From positions 1-62,264 of the forward strand of contig JANWIO010000057.1 of the NCBI GenBank assembly GCA_025449835.1: 62,264 nucleotides of DNA, given 5' to 3'. The notes beneath the pieces were generated by a model. It had not been told where the DNA came from, did no database searches, and saw only the letters and a list, made by a program, of their open reading frames with translations. The DNA is from Vampirovibrionales bacterium. GTDB lineage: Bacteria > Cyanobacteriota > Vampirovibrionia > Vampirovibrionales > JAGQHJ01. Position 1 is the first letter of the stretch; each line of letters begins with the position of its first letter. Below, one piece after another: positions 1 to 10,037 of the stretch. The position numbers were made by a program, and so were the translations under genes.

Positions 1-60
1 CCCTCCCCTCAAACACCCCTCCCTGATTTGTTTTGAAGGGCTTCGCCCTTCACCCATTTT
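1..60. repeat. Palindromic intergenic element with GCGAAGC-centred hairpin (possibly partial REP/MITE-like)
   Basis: Perfect inverted repeat TGAAGGGC-TTC-GCCCTTCA at 34-52 within a C-rich tract that may continue beyond the window edge. Confidence 0.35.
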
Positions 61-92
61 TCTCTGATGTATCCTTGATTCAACAATACCTG

Positions 93-530
93 TTATTTTT
101 TTGGGACTTGTGCAGATGGTTTTCCTTTTAATCCTTCATAGAGTTCATGAAGTGCAACAGAGGACATAATACCTGCTGATGCTAAAAATGCTGGGGCTGA
201 TTGTGGATGGTTGTATGCCATTTCTGCTGAAACACCTACGGCAGCAGAATCTATTACAGATTCTTTGATTCGTGATGTGTCAATTCCTTCTTTTTTCTCT
301 TGGCTGGGTTTTGCAAAAAACAAGCGATGAATGCCGTGGGTAATAAAAGAGGTTCCTAATGTTAGAATTGCCAATACCGGAAGTTGTGGAAGAAAGGGTA
401 TTGCTGCAATGGTTGTCATGCCACCGGTAACATCAGCCACAGCGAGCTTTTTATCCCCTTTACGCTCAGAGGAAACCGATCTGTAAAGTGCCCCAAAATG
501 AGGCTGTTTATTTTGAATCATCATCGTCAT
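93..530 (-). CDS. Hypothetical membrane-associated protein with N-terminal QPHFG motif
   Basis: ORF; likely ATG at 530 with GAGG upstream; two hydrophobic segments; no family recognised. Confidence 0.65.
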   Translation of the reverse strand: MTMMIQNKQPHFGALYRSVSSERKGDKKLAVADVTGGMTTIAAIPFLPQLPVLAILTLGTSFITHGIHRLFFAKPSQEKKEGIDTSRIKESVIDSAAVGVSAEMAYNHPQSAPAFLASAGIMSSVALHELYEGLKGKPSAQVPKK

Positions 531-645
531 CTTTGCGCCCCTCAACCATCCAACAAAAATCTTTGCACATTATATAACAAACATCACAAGTCGTTGCGCA
601 CCTTATATCGCCAAAGCATTATTTATTACTGCGCTTTCGGGATAA

Positions 646-1530
646 TTAGCCGAACTTTCCTGCACGCATCCATTTTGTAGCAATCCACTTTTCACCATGA
701 ACCACTGGCGTACCCCCATGGAGGGTTAAGGGGTCTATTTCGCCTTGTTTACTAAAGTATGAAAAATAAACGGCTGAACCTTGTCGCGCTTTTACTTTCA
801 ACTTAATTTCTGGAAAGACCGTTTCGCCACCTTCTTTAACAGTATTCAGATACATTATCAAGGTTGCAACTCGTTGACCGCCACGGGAAATATGGACGGA
901 ACTGCCTGTAAACTCAGGGGGGAAGTAATCGTAGTGGGGTTTATATTCTCCCCCAATTTGGTAGTTTAAAATCTGCATGCCTTCGCCATTTTCAACGGGC
1001 CACTGCATCACTTGAGAAATGCGTGCATCCAGTGTGCTAATAAAGTCATTTTCACCCACATTGAAAAAAGTGCCGCTGCTGGTGCGATGTTCATGAGGCA
1101 CTGAATCGCCTGTTTTATTATCCACTGTTGTTGATTTTTTCAGTTTTGGTTTTGACATAGCAATCAGTGCTTCGCATTCTTCAGGCGTGAGAACATTTTC
1201 ATAGACAACAATCCTGGGACGATCGACCTCAAGTGTGGGGTAATAGATCATATTCTGACAAGAGAGATCGGGGCCATTTGTGTAATCTTGCCATTCTGTT
1301 TTGATGGCTTGTGCAGGTTTTACGATCTGTACCGGGTTCGTTTCACCACTCTTAATTTTTTGAGAGAGCTGGTGTACGGTGTCAGTTGAAAGTTGTGGGT
1401 CAAAGGCATTCTTTACCAAAATACCAATGAGCTCTTGCTCTGGTACACCGCGTTCAAGATTTTCACAAATCCATGCGATCCACTCTTGACCCATTGTTTT
1501 TACCATAGACTCTGCCTGCTGCTGTGTCAT
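646..1530 (-). CDS. 2OG-Fe(II) oxygenase, prolyl 4-hydroxylase-like, with small N-terminal helical domain
   Basis: HYD...H iron triad (PHYD, LHGG), KWIATKW, RTSSGTFF, GGQRVATLIMYLN, GGETVFP. Confidence 0.9.
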   Translation of the reverse strand: MTQQQAESMVKTMGQEWIAWICENLERGVPEQELIGILVKNAFDPQLSTDTVHQLSQKIKSGETNPVQIVKPAQAIKTEWQDYTNGPDLSCQNMIYYPTLEVDRPRIVVYENVLTPEECEALIAMSKPKLKKSTTVDNKTGDSVPHEHRTSSGTFFNVGENDFISTLDARISQVMQWPVENGEGMQILNYQIGGEYKPHYDYFPPEFTGSSVHISRGGQRVATLIMYLNTVKEGGETVFPEIKLKVKARQGSAVYFSYFSKQGEIDPLTLHGGTPVVHGEKWIATKWMRAGKFG

Positions 1531-1619
1531 ACGTATTTTTCTCCTAGGATAGGTTACTTTGCACTGATGAGCATCCTAAAAATAGATTATTCTCTTGTTT
1601 GAAGGGAACTTCTCCTCTT

Positions 1620-2288
1620 TTATTTTGCTTCATTTGTTTCTGGGTGGCCCGTCTTGGAAATTAAAAACTCAAGGAGATTAATTTGAGGCGGCCGTTGTAA
1701 TGTCCAAATGCGACCTTGAACCATAAATGTTAATCCGTATTGTTTTGAAAAATCTTGAACAGTCCAAATGACATCAGGATGGGTTCGTGCAAAATCGTCA
1801 CCGCACAATATCCCGCCAGGGATTAACCGCCAGAACCAAAAATTTAAGTCATCACAAAACGTGGGATTGTGATGAACGCCATCGAGGAAAATCAAATTTG
1901 CAGATTGTTCTGGCCAAGATTTGAAATCATAGGGACTCGCTCCCTGAAAAGCCTCAATATTTGGACAATCCGTAGTATATTGCTTGAAATTTTCCAAACT
2001 ACCAGTGACTTCATCAAGACTATTGGCCACACCAAAATCTTGATGAAATTCTTCCGATTCCCCGATAACAGCAGGTGGGTGGAAGGGATGTTGAGAGGGA
2101 TCCCAAATATCCAAACACTTCACTTTTACCGTGGGGTGAACCGACTTTGCCCAACACCACGAAGAGCGTCCACAAAACGAGCCCACTTCAATCATTGTGC
2201 CATAAGGTGGAACCGTTAAAGCGAGTTGCTCAAGGGTTTTTAATTCACTTTCAGGCATCCAACCGGGGATTTTCAAATTGTAGACCAT
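1620..2288 (-). CDS. Class I SAM-dependent methyltransferase (Methyltransf_24-like)
   Basis: IEVGSFCGRS motif I, LIFLDGVH, LIPGGILCGDDF. Confidence 0.8.
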   Translation of the reverse strand: MVYNLKIPGWMPESELKTLEQLALTVPPYGTMIEVGSFCGRSSWCWAKSVHPTVKVKCLDIWDPSQHPFHPPAVIGESEEFHQDFGVANSLDEVTGSLENFKQYTTDCPNIEAFQGASPYDFKSWPEQSANLIFLDGVHHNPTFCDDLNFWFWRLIPGGILCGDDFARTHPDVIWTVQDFSKQYGLTFMVQGRIWTLQRPPQINLLEFLISKTGHPETNEAK

Positions 2289-2426
2289 GAGAATAAAAAA
2301 TTCCTATGTAAACCAAGGCTTAAAGCATGTATCGGTTAATTTTGATTTAGGTTTAATAATGTAATTAATCTCATCTGTCCTTTTTCAGGAAAGAAAATCA
2401 CAATGAACGTTTTTTAGGGATTGAGT

Positions 2427-3011
2427 TTAATTTCTTTCGGATCGAATGCTAATGGCGCCAGAGGTTGGGCATGTAAATACGCAAACACCACACCCCGTGC
2501 ATGCTTCAGGAACGATTTGGGGCAGCCCTTCGATGAGGAGAATGGCCTCGTTTTTAATGGGGCAGACCTCATAGCAAACCTTACAACCAGAGCCTTGAAA
2601 GGCAGTACATTCTGTAATCTCAATAATAGCTGTTCCCAAGGCAATTTTTTTCGGAGTTTCTAAGGGCATAAGGGCATCTGTTGGGCAAACCTTCGTACAT
2701 GGTACATCGGTACACATAACACAAGGGGATTCCTCAGGATAAATAACTGGAAAACCAAATCTATCTTGAAAGATTGCATTCCGTGGGCAACTATTTCGGC
2801 AAACATCGCAAAAAGGCTCGCATGTGGTTAAAAAGGCCTTTTCTGCAATGGCACCGGGAGGTCTTAAAAGCGGTTTTTCCGTTGCATCTTGATTTGAGAA
2901 GTCCGGTAAGCTTTCCGCAACGCGATTCATGAAGAAACCAAAGCTTTGCTTTAAGAAAGCTTTACGAGAATAGGCCTCAGTGGATAGATTCTCATTTTCC
3001 TCATTAGACAT
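2427..3011 (-). CDS. Polyferredoxin, NapF/NapG/MauM-type (four 4Fe-4S motifs)
   Basis: LRPPGA, CEPFCDVCRNSCP, CVMCTDVPCTKVCP, CTAFQGSGCKVCYEVCP, CTGCGVCVFTCP; start moved to ATG 3011 to avoid overlap with priA. Confidence 0.85.
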   Translation of the reverse strand: MSNEENENLSTEAYSRKAFLKQSFGFFMNRVAESLPDFSNQDATEKPLLRPPGAIAEKAFLTTCEPFCDVCRNSCPRNAIFQDRFGFPVIYPEESPCVMCTDVPCTKVCPTDALMPLETPKKIALGTAIIEITECTAFQGSGCKVCYEVCPIKNEAILLIEGLPQIVPEACTGCGVCVFTCPTSGAISIRSERN

Positions 3012-3063
3012 CAAAAAAGACCTGCCATTTTGTGAATTATTGCTTCCTCTGAAGATTATGACA

Positions 3064-5544
3064 CTATAAGAAGCTTTGCGCATCAACATCCAACAGAAAG
3101 TTAACGTCTTCTGGTGGTTCAACTTGAAGATAATATCGGGTAATCAACTGGTGGGCCAGTTCACCGTATTTGTTCTTAATCATCAGATGATACCGATAAC
3201 GTCCTTGAATTCTGGGAATAACACACGGTGCTGGCCCTAGAATAGTTACTGTTTCGCCTAAGGTGCTTTCTGTGAGGACTTGTTGCAAACCAATGGTAAC
3301 TGCTTTCAAAAAATTACGGGCCCGAAACTCATCGGGACAACTCACAATGATTCGGAAAAGTTGGCTATACGGGGGAAAGTCGAACTCCTGACGGCGTAAC
3401 AATTCATCTTCGTAAAAACCGTTATAATCTTGCTCTTTGGCTCTTAAAATCACGGGATGGTTTGGCTGTAAACTTTGTATAATCACCCGACCTGGTTTAT
3501 CACCACGTCCAGAACGACCAGCCACCTGGGTTAACAGCTGAAATCCTCTTTCAGTTGCTTTATAGTCAGGGAGTGAAAAAGTGGTATCGGCAGAAACAAC
3601 CCCCACTAAGGTCACATTGGGAATATCCAATCCTTTGGCCACCATTTGGGTTCCAATGAGAATATCTGCTTCATGGTTTCCAAAGGCTTCTAAAATCTCA
3701 CGATGCGCAAACTTTTTCTTTAAGACATCACTATCCAGGCGGAGAATTCGGGCATCGGGAAAGGATGTTGTAATCTCTTCTTCAAGCCGTTGCGTTCCTG
3801 TGCCTGTAAAGGATAAGTGTGTGCTAGCACAGTGTGGGCAGAACTGTGGTTTGTGGCTTTCGTGGCCACAATAATGACATCGAACCTGGTCTCGAAAACG
3901 ATGATAGGTGAGCGCCACAGCACAATGAGGGCATTGAAAAACCTCATCGCACTCATCACAAATGATGACGGTATAAAATCCACGCCGATTGAGGAGGATG
4001 ATAGCCTGTTCTTGAGCACGGAGTGTTCCATCTAAAGCAAGCCTTAACTCTGTTGATAGCGGACTGGAAAGACCTAATGAACGTTCTTCGTGCATATCCA
4101 CAATGGTAACCTTGGCAAGAGATCGTCCTCCATAGCGTTGGGTTAAGGTTAATATTCGATTTTCTTGTTGGGTACGGTAAAAGGTTTCAATATCAGGGGT
4201 TGCGCTTCCTAAAACGAGTTTGGCACCGGTGCGTTTTGTTAAGGCTTCTGCCAATGTTCGCGCATGATATCGAGGGGCAGGACTATCCTGTTTAAAACTT
4301 CCCTCATGGGCTTCATCCATTACGATTAATCCGAGGTTTTGCACGGGTGCAAAGATAGCAGACCGTGCTCCAATGACAATTTTAAGCTCGCCGCGATGAA
4401 TACGGCGCCAGGCATCGACTTTTTCCCCAGCAGATAAATGGCTGTGCCACAACGCCATTTGTTCTAATCCAAATCGCTGAATAAAACGCTTTGCAATATG
4501 AGAGGTTAAGGAAATTTCAGGCACCAAAATCATAACGGATTTTCCGACTGCCAGCGTGGCTTCCGTTAAAGCCAGGTAAACTTCTGTTTTTCCCGATCCG
4601 GTAATGCCATACAATAAATGTTGAGAGCCATTTTCTGAATCTAAAACCAATTTCGCCGCCCGAGATTGCTCTGAATTGAGCATTAATTCATCTAATTTGG
4701 CTGTTTTATGATAAAAGGCCAAGGGATCCCGATCCCGGAATTGAGGGGCTTCAAAAATTTCCACGAACCCAGACTCGGCGAGTTTTTGAATTACAGTTGT
4801 ACTGGTTTGAGCCAACACAGAAGCATCTTTTAACAGCATTTCAGATTTTTGTGTTTGAAGGAGTCGATTTAAAACTTCCGACTGTCGTTTGGTTAAAACC
4901 TCTGAACTTCCAACATCACCCATTCGAAGCCACTTAACGGTTTTTTGTTTGGTGACCCCAGATGTTTCGCTTTTGATTTGGACAATGCCTTCTTGGCGAA
5001 ACTTATAGAGTGTTTGATTGACAAGTTTTAAAGGCAATCCGGTTTGGCTGGCAACATAGCGTACTCGAACACCTTTGCCCTGAGGGCGTTCTTTGAGAAA
5101 AGCCAGAATTTTTTGTGCAGGGCGAGATAACTGGTAAGCATATTCAGACGTAATTGGAATCGATTCTAAAATCACTTGTCGCTTTGTTTTTTCGATTAGG
5201 CTAGCGGGAAGGGCTGCGGATAAAACAGTGACCAAGGAGGTTGCATAATACTGAGCGATCCAGTCGAGAAACTCCAGGTATGTCAAATCAAACAGAGGCT
5301 CGTCGTCTAAAATATCGGTGATTTCTTTGACGCGAATACCGGGCTCAACAAAGTTGGTAAATCCCACGATATATCCTGTAATCACCTTCATCCGACCAAA
5401 AGGCACTGAGACAGGAGTCCCAATTTCAATGGCGTCTTCTAATCCTTCTGGAATAGCATACGAAAAAGTCCGGCGATCCAATGCCTTTGCATCGAGATCA
5501 ACCAAAACCTGCGCATATTGAAAGTGTTTCTGATCCTCAGCCAT
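3064..5544 (-). CDS. priA: Primosomal protein N' (replication restart helicase)
   Basis: GITGSGKTEVY, DEAH, four CxxC Zn motifs, QVAGRSGR. Confidence 0.97.
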   Translation of the reverse strand: MAEDQKHFQYAQVLVDLDAKALDRRTFSYAIPEGLEDAIEIGTPVSVPFGRMKVITGYIVGFTNFVEPGIRVKEITDILDDEPLFDLTYLEFLDWIAQYYATSLVTVLSAALPASLIEKTKRQVILESIPITSEYAYQLSRPAQKILAFLKERPQGKGVRVRYVASQTGLPLKLVNQTLYKFRQEGIVQIKSETSGVTKQKTVKWLRMGDVGSSEVLTKRQSEVLNRLLQTQKSEMLLKDASVLAQTSTTVIQKLAESGFVEIFEAPQFRDRDPLAFYHKTAKLDELMLNSEQSRAAKLVLDSENGSQHLLYGITGSGKTEVYLALTEATLAVGKSVMILVPEISLTSHIAKRFIQRFGLEQMALWHSHLSAGEKVDAWRRIHRGELKIVIGARSAIFAPVQNLGLIVMDEAHEGSFKQDSPAPRYHARTLAEALTKRTGAKLVLGSATPDIETFYRTQQENRILTLTQRYGGRSLAKVTIVDMHEERSLGLSSPLSTELRLALDGTLRAQEQAIILLNRRGFYTVIICDECDEVFQCPHCAVALTYHRFRDQVRCHYCGHESHKPQFCPHCASTHLSFTGTGTQRLEEEITTSFPDARILRLDSDVLKKKFAHREILEAFGNHEADILIGTQMVAKGLDIPNVTLVGVVSADTTFSLPDYKATERGFQLLTQVAGRSGRGDKPGRVIIQSLQPNHPVILRAKEQDYNGFYEDELLRRQEFDFPPYSQLFRIIVSCPDEFRARNFLKAVTIGLQQVLTESTLGETVTILGPAPCVIPRIQGRYRYHLMIKNKYGELAHQLITRYYLQVEPPEDVNFLLDVDAQSFL

Positions 5545-5617
5545 CTCCCTGATTATGCCTGAGGGGATGGCCTGAAATCAATTTTTCTTTCGTTAAACTT
5601 GAAGAAAGCGACAGGTC

Positions 5618-6145
5618 TTAGTTAGTCATTGGAATCTTCGTGACCGATACGCGATAGCGATGATACCTGTTGCTTGAAAGTTTGTGGACTCGACGAAAGG
5701 AGATCCCTGAATTCGTATCCCCTGGAACTTGGACACTTGCAAGAGGCTGTGCCAGTTTCGCTGAAATGTGAGTGTAGGTTAACCGCACCAATGGTGGTGT
5801 GATGGGAGCGAAAGGATCCCGGCGAACTTTGAGTGCGGACAAGTTTGTTTTTGCAGCATAGCTTAGAAGGTTAAAATTATTGATTTTGGATTCCCCCTCC
5901 GTAACCAGGTTAGCCGTTTCTCCTTTTAGCGCGGAGACCTGCTGGGCAATGTTACTTGCTGAAGTGGGTGCGTTGGTTTGAGATGTGTTAATTAGGTGTT
6001 TTCCAAAATTAACTGTAACATGGCTGTTCCCCATCAGATGGCTGGCACCGAAACCACCTAAGATGAGGCTTGACATGCCTACAGCGACCATGCACGGCGC
6101 AGATGCAAAAATAGAGAGTGGTTTAGAAAACCAATTCCAAATCAA
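5618..6145 (-). CDS. Hypothetical protein with N-terminal hydrophobic segment and RRDPFAP motif
   Basis: 175-aa ORF filling the gap; start uncertain; RDPF recalls PilP-like proteins but is weak evidence. Confidence 0.55.
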   Translation of the reverse strand: MIWNWFSKPLSIFASAPCMVAVGMSSLILGGFGASHLMGNSHVTVNFGKHLINTSQTNAPTSASNIAQQVSALKGETANLVTEGESKINNFNLLSYAAKTNLSALKVRRDPFAPITPPLVRLTYTHISAKLAQPLASVQVPGDTNSGISFRRVHKLSSNRYHRYRVSVTKIPMTN

Positions 6146-6311
6146 TATCCTGTCTTCCCTTACGTCTCTTTTCTCAAGTGAGTGGTGCTACCAGTATACT
6201 GCTCCTCTAGGGTCTTCCAGATCAACCAAATAAAGGAACACTTACTATAATTGTAATTATATTTGCAAAAATGCAAAATGGTTCACTTTTGGGGTATTGA
6301 TTCTATTTTGC

Positions 6312-6340
6312 AAAATAAAAGGCAAACTTGTGTTTGCCTT
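6312..6340 (-). terminator. Intrinsic terminator downstream of the 66-aa ORF
   Basis: AAGGCAAAC-ACAA-GTTTGCCTT followed by TTATTTT on the minus strand. Confidence 0.7.
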
Positions 6341-6370
6341 GGCTCCTTGTAAACGCTACACAAAACTTTG

Positions 6371-6571
6371 TTAATTTAAACTATGCCAGGGAATAAATTC
6401 TAGCCAGAGGTCGGGATTGAGCGTGCCATATAGAAGGCGTTGCGTTGTCATCTCAAAAAAGGCCTCGGAAAGTCTTTCAATACTTTGTCTTAGTTCGTTA
6501 TCCACTGGTAAGCGGTTTTCCTCTGGATCCAACAAAATTCCAAGGCTCTCAAAAATCTCCAATTCATGCAT
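6371..6571 (-). CDS. Small hypothetical protein (66 aa)
   Basis: AGAGGA SD upstream, downstream terminator, acidic/amphipathic composition. Confidence 0.65.
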   Translation of the reverse strand: MHELEIFESLGILLDPEENRLPVDNELRQSIERLSEAFFEMTTQRLLYGTLNPDLWLEFIPWHSLN

Positions 6572-6767
6572 AGTGCCTAGAGTCCTCTCTCTCTACTCTC
6601 TGTCACATCAACGACTTTTTGAAAAGGTGTTGTACTTTATAAAAAACAAACAAAATATAAAAATTGCCTAAAGTAATGAAAACATTTACAACATTTTACG
6701 TTTCGATTGAAAATTGTTCCGTTTGCATTGGAAGTTGATCATGCCAATGGAAAATACGCACAAATAG

Positions 6768-6797
6768 AAAAACCCTCACTAAAATAGGAGGGTTTTT
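6768..6797 (-). terminator. Intrinsic terminator
   Basis: AAAAACCCTC...GAGGGTTTTT inverted repeat 22 nt downstream of the 6819 stop. Confidence 0.7.
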
Positions 6798-6818
6798 CAA
6801 GTAATTTGGCGATTAATC

Positions 6819-7193
6819 TTAGCCAGCGAATCCGAAGTTGGCTACTGGTTTACGTTGTTCGTGCAAAAAGTCCATATTTTCATCATTTTCAAGACAGTAA
6901 ATATAGCGGATAATCTCTTTTGCCATGTGTTCCTTGTCTGTTTCTGACAGATAACGCATGGTTTCAACGACGGCCCATGATCTTTCATCCATGGTTCTGC
7001 GTTTTTGGATAAATCGTATTGCCCAAAATCCACCATTACCTTGGGTAATACGGTTCGTAATGCCAGGATCTATTTCTCGAATACGATTTTCAATAAATGA
7101 GACTGTTTTTAAACGGTAATTCAGTGTTGTGTTTTGTAAAAGGCTAACAGCCATAGACATGGTGGGATGTAAGTCATACCATCGCTTGTTCAA
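6819..7193 (-). CDS. Hypothetical protein (124 aa)
   Basis: ORF with upstream GAGGAG SD and downstream terminator. Confidence 0.75.
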   Translation of the reverse strand: MNKRWYDLHPTMSMAVSLLQNTTLNYRLKTVSFIENRIREIDPGITNRITQGNGGFWAIRFIQKRRTMDERSWAVVETMRYLSETDKEHMAKEIIRYIYCLENDENMDFLHEQRKPVANFGFAG

Positions 7194-7324
7194 TTCCTGA
7201 TCTCCTCAATGCTTCAAATAAATTTCGCTATAGCAGTTATATCGACAAGCAAATAGAGATGTTTAACATTGCCTTAAGAATCGTTATGTTTCTTAATAAT
7301 CGAAAATTGCAGCACAAAACCTTT

Positions 7325-7364
7325 GAAAAAACGCCCCCATTTCATCAGAGTGAGATAGGGGCGT
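7325..7364 (-). terminator. recA terminator
   Basis: ACGCCCC/GGGGCGT outer stem plus inner stem, then TTTTTT on the minus strand. Confidence 0.7.
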
Positions 7365-7386
7365 AATGTTTACCTGGATATGGATA

Positions 7387-8481
7387 TTAAACCGTTTCGA
7401 GGGACGCTTTGGCCGATTTTTTATCCGAACGAGATGCTGTGGATTTCTCTTCGGATTCAACTTCCGCAGGAGCCTGTGGACGTAAACGATTTCGCACCTG
7501 AATTTCAATTTCGGAAAGGAGTTGTGGATTTTCCTTTAAAAATTCTCTCGCTTTATCCCTGCCTTGCCCCAGTTTTTCGTCGCCATAACTGTACCATGTA
7601 CCTGATTTTTTGACGATATCCAGTTCTGCTGCAACATCGAGTAGGCATCCTTCTGTGGAAATGCCTTCGCCAAACAAGATATCAAACTCCGCAATCTTAA
7701 AGGGCGGGGCCACTTTGTTTTTGACGACCCTTACTTTCACACGGTTTCCATATTCTTCACCATCTTTTTTCAGAGTCTCAATGCGCCGAATGTCTAAACG
7801 AATACTGGCATAAAACTTTAATGCGTTACCGCCGGTTGTGGTTTCAGGATTGCCATACATAACGCCAATTTTTTGACGCAACTGGTTGATGAAAATAATG
7901 GTGGTGCGTGTTTTTCCCACGATTGCGGTGAGTTTCCGGAGGGCTTGGCTCATCAACCGAGCTTGTAAGCCCATGTGAGAATCTCCCATTTCGCCATCAA
8001 TCTCAGCTTTTGGAACCAGGGCTGCAACAGAGTCAATGACGAGAATATCAATCGCCCCAGAACGGACCAACTGCTCTGCAATCTCAAGGGCTTGTTCTCC
8101 GGTATCCGGCTGGCTAATCAGAAGTTCGTCAATTTTAACGCCAATTTTTGCAGCATATTCTGGATCTAATGCATGTTCAGCATCAATAAAAGCTGCAATA
8201 CCACCTTTCTTTTGTGTCTCAGCAACAACACTTAAGGTTAATGTTGTTTTACCGCTGGACTCCGGGCCATAGATTTCAACCACACGACCTCTGGGTAAGC
8301 CACCAACACCAATAGCCAAGTCTAAAGATAATGCACCGGTGGGAATGGCATCAACATTCACATTGCTCCGTTCCCCAAGGCGCATAATTGCCCCTTTACC
8401 AAAATCTTTTTCTATCTTTTCCAGGGTAAAATTTAAGGCTTTTTTACGTTCTTCCGTAAAATTATCGGTTGTTGATGCCAT
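7387..8481 (-). CDS. recA: Recombinase RecA
   Basis: [47 protein letters not shown] 8481 with AGAGGA SD; no intein. Confidence 0.99.
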   Translation of the reverse strand: MASTTDNFTEERKKALNFTLEKIEKDFGKGAIMRLGERSNVNVDAIPTGALSLDLAIGVGGLPRGRVVEIYGPESSGKTTLTLSVVAETQKKGGIAAFIDAEHALDPEYAAKIGVKIDELLISQPDTGEQALEIAEQLVRSGAIDILVIDSVAALVPKAEIDGEMGDSHMGLQARLMSQALRKLTAIVGKTRTTIIFINQLRQKIGVMYGNPETTTGGNALKFYASIRLDIRRIETLKKDGEEYGNRVKVRVVKNKVAPPFKIAEFDILFGEGISTEGCLLDVAAELDIVKKSGTWYSYGDEKLGQGRDKAREFLKENPQLLSEIEIQVRNRLRPQAPAEVESEEKSTASRSDKKSAKASLETV

Positions 8482-8661
8482 GGGGTTTTGTCCTCTCATT
8501 GTTGTTTACTATGATCATTGCAATTCATGGTACCGCAAGGATGAGGTTTCATGTGTTACAGTATGTGAACTGCTGGGAGCCTTCTGAATTTTTTCGATAC
8601 TTTTATTGTAGCTTAGGAATCGAAAAAAAATTCTAGTTCCTCGATTATATTTTCGACTCTT

Positions 8662-9483
8662 TTAATTTGCAAGTGCTAGAATTGGCAAATATTTAAAAGT
8701 TGCTTGAGGAGCTAGCGTTTTTAACACATTTTCGGTTACTGGAGCGGAACTGACTTGGGTATTGACCATTTCCAGTAAAACAGCCTCTTGAATATCTTGA
8801 AAAGATTGATTTTGAGATACCAAATGAATCATGGCCGCTTGAAGGGCTGGTAATGTTGGGTTGTAAGCAGCACTTTCCACTGAGAACCCTTTAAAAATTT
8901 CACCATTGCTCATTTTCAAAGCCATACCGGCATATTGTTTGGTGTAAGGCACATAAGCCAGTGACGCCGCATTAAAGGCCTCAGACACAAGGGTATCCGT
9001 AATCGATTCACATGTTGTCAGCATAGATGGAGGGGTTTCCAGCAAACTTTCAGCGCTATTTGCCAAAGTAAAGGGGAATGGCAGGAGATCACTTAAGGTT
9101 TTTTCCAATCTTTGATTTTGCTGAACCACGATAATCGGGAGATTGGGCAAGTTTAATTCCAGTAAGAATTGACGACAGTGTCCACATGGCACTTCTGAAA
9201 CCCAAAGCGCTTGAATTTTCTTTTCACCGTGAAGTTTTGCCAGGGTAATCGCAAACTGCTCTGCATGAACTGTTTGAGAGAGGGGTTGATGGGGAAATTC
9301 AAGATTAACCCCCAAATAGCCTGTGCCACTTTCTCCAATGGCCACAACGCCAACATAAAACTCTGAAATCGGTGGACGAGCGTAAGTTTTGGCACGATTC
9401 AGTAACGTCAGAATGGCTTGCTCATCCCTATTTTTCAGGAACGAAGACTCTATCACAAAGGGAGAGTGTAAAATGTCTCTCAT
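8662..9483 (-). CDS. cdd: Cytidine deaminase, two-domain (E. coli/plant-type)
   Basis: TVHAEQ, PCGHCRQFL, second domain with AYVPY and VESAAYNP. Confidence 0.92.
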   Translation of the reverse strand: MRDILHSPFVIESSFLKNRDEQAILTLLNRAKTYARPPISEFYVGVVAIGESGTGYLGVNLEFPHQPLSQTVHAEQFAITLAKLHGEKKIQALWVSEVPCGHCRQFLLELNLPNLPIIVVQQNQRLEKTLSDLLPFPFTLANSAESLLETPPSMLTTCESITDTLVSEAFNAASLAYVPYTKQYAGMALKMSNGEIFKGFSVESAAYNPTLPALQAAMIHLVSQNQSFQDIQEAVLLEMVNTQVSSAPVTENVLKTLAPQATFKYLPILALAN

Positions 9484-10037
9484 TTGAGGATTTCAGGGTA
9501 AATTAAACCAATGGCACAAATCGATTTTGCATCAATTAAGGTTTTGGCCTGAATCATATCCCGTAATTCATTGAAACTGACTTCCAAAACCTCAATAAAT
9601 TCGTCTTCTTCACGCCGGGCCTGGCTAGAGGGATGCAAGCCAGTGGCTTTAAAAATCGTAATTCTTTCATTGCAAAACCCCGGAGATGTATAAATAGCCA
9701 ATATCTCTTCCCATTTGTCTGCCAGATATCCTGTTTCTTCTTCTAATTCTCGTTGGATACTAACCAATGGGGTTTCGCCAGGATCCAATTTTCCTGCAGG
9801 AAGCTCATACAGAAAATTTCCAAGAGGGTAGCGAAACTGTTTGACCAAAAGTACTTTACCATTGGGCAATGTTGCTAAAGCGACCACACCCCCTGGATGC
9901 TCAACGACTTCTCTTTTTGCAACTTTGCCATTGGGAAGCGTTGCTTCATCCAATTTCACATGAAGAATGGCACCTTCAAAAATATCCGTTGAGGAAAGGG
10001 TCTTTTCAATGCCACCGTTATCGGTTAAAGCGGTCAT
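9480..10037 (-). CDS. NUDIX hydrolase, ADP-ribose pyrophosphatase-like
   Basis: Nudix box GKLDPGETPLVSIQRELEEETG, REVVEHPG, QFRYP, YTSPGF; ATGA overlaps at both ends. Confidence 0.92.
   Translation of the reverse strand: MTALTDNGGIEKTLSSTDIFEGAILHVKLDEATLPNGKVAKREVVEHPGGVVALATLPNGKVLLVKQFRYPLGNFLYELPAGKLDPGETPLVSIQRELEEETGYLADKWEEILAIYTSPGFCNERITIFKATGLHPSSQARREEDEFIEVLEVSFNELRDMIQAKTLIDAKSICAIGLIYPEILK

Noticed and set aside
8560-8575. CAGT-N6-ACTG palindrome upstream of recA as a LexA box
   Set aside because: Does not match the E. coli (CTGT-N8-ACAG), Firmicute (GAAC-N4-GTTC) or cyanobacterial consensus
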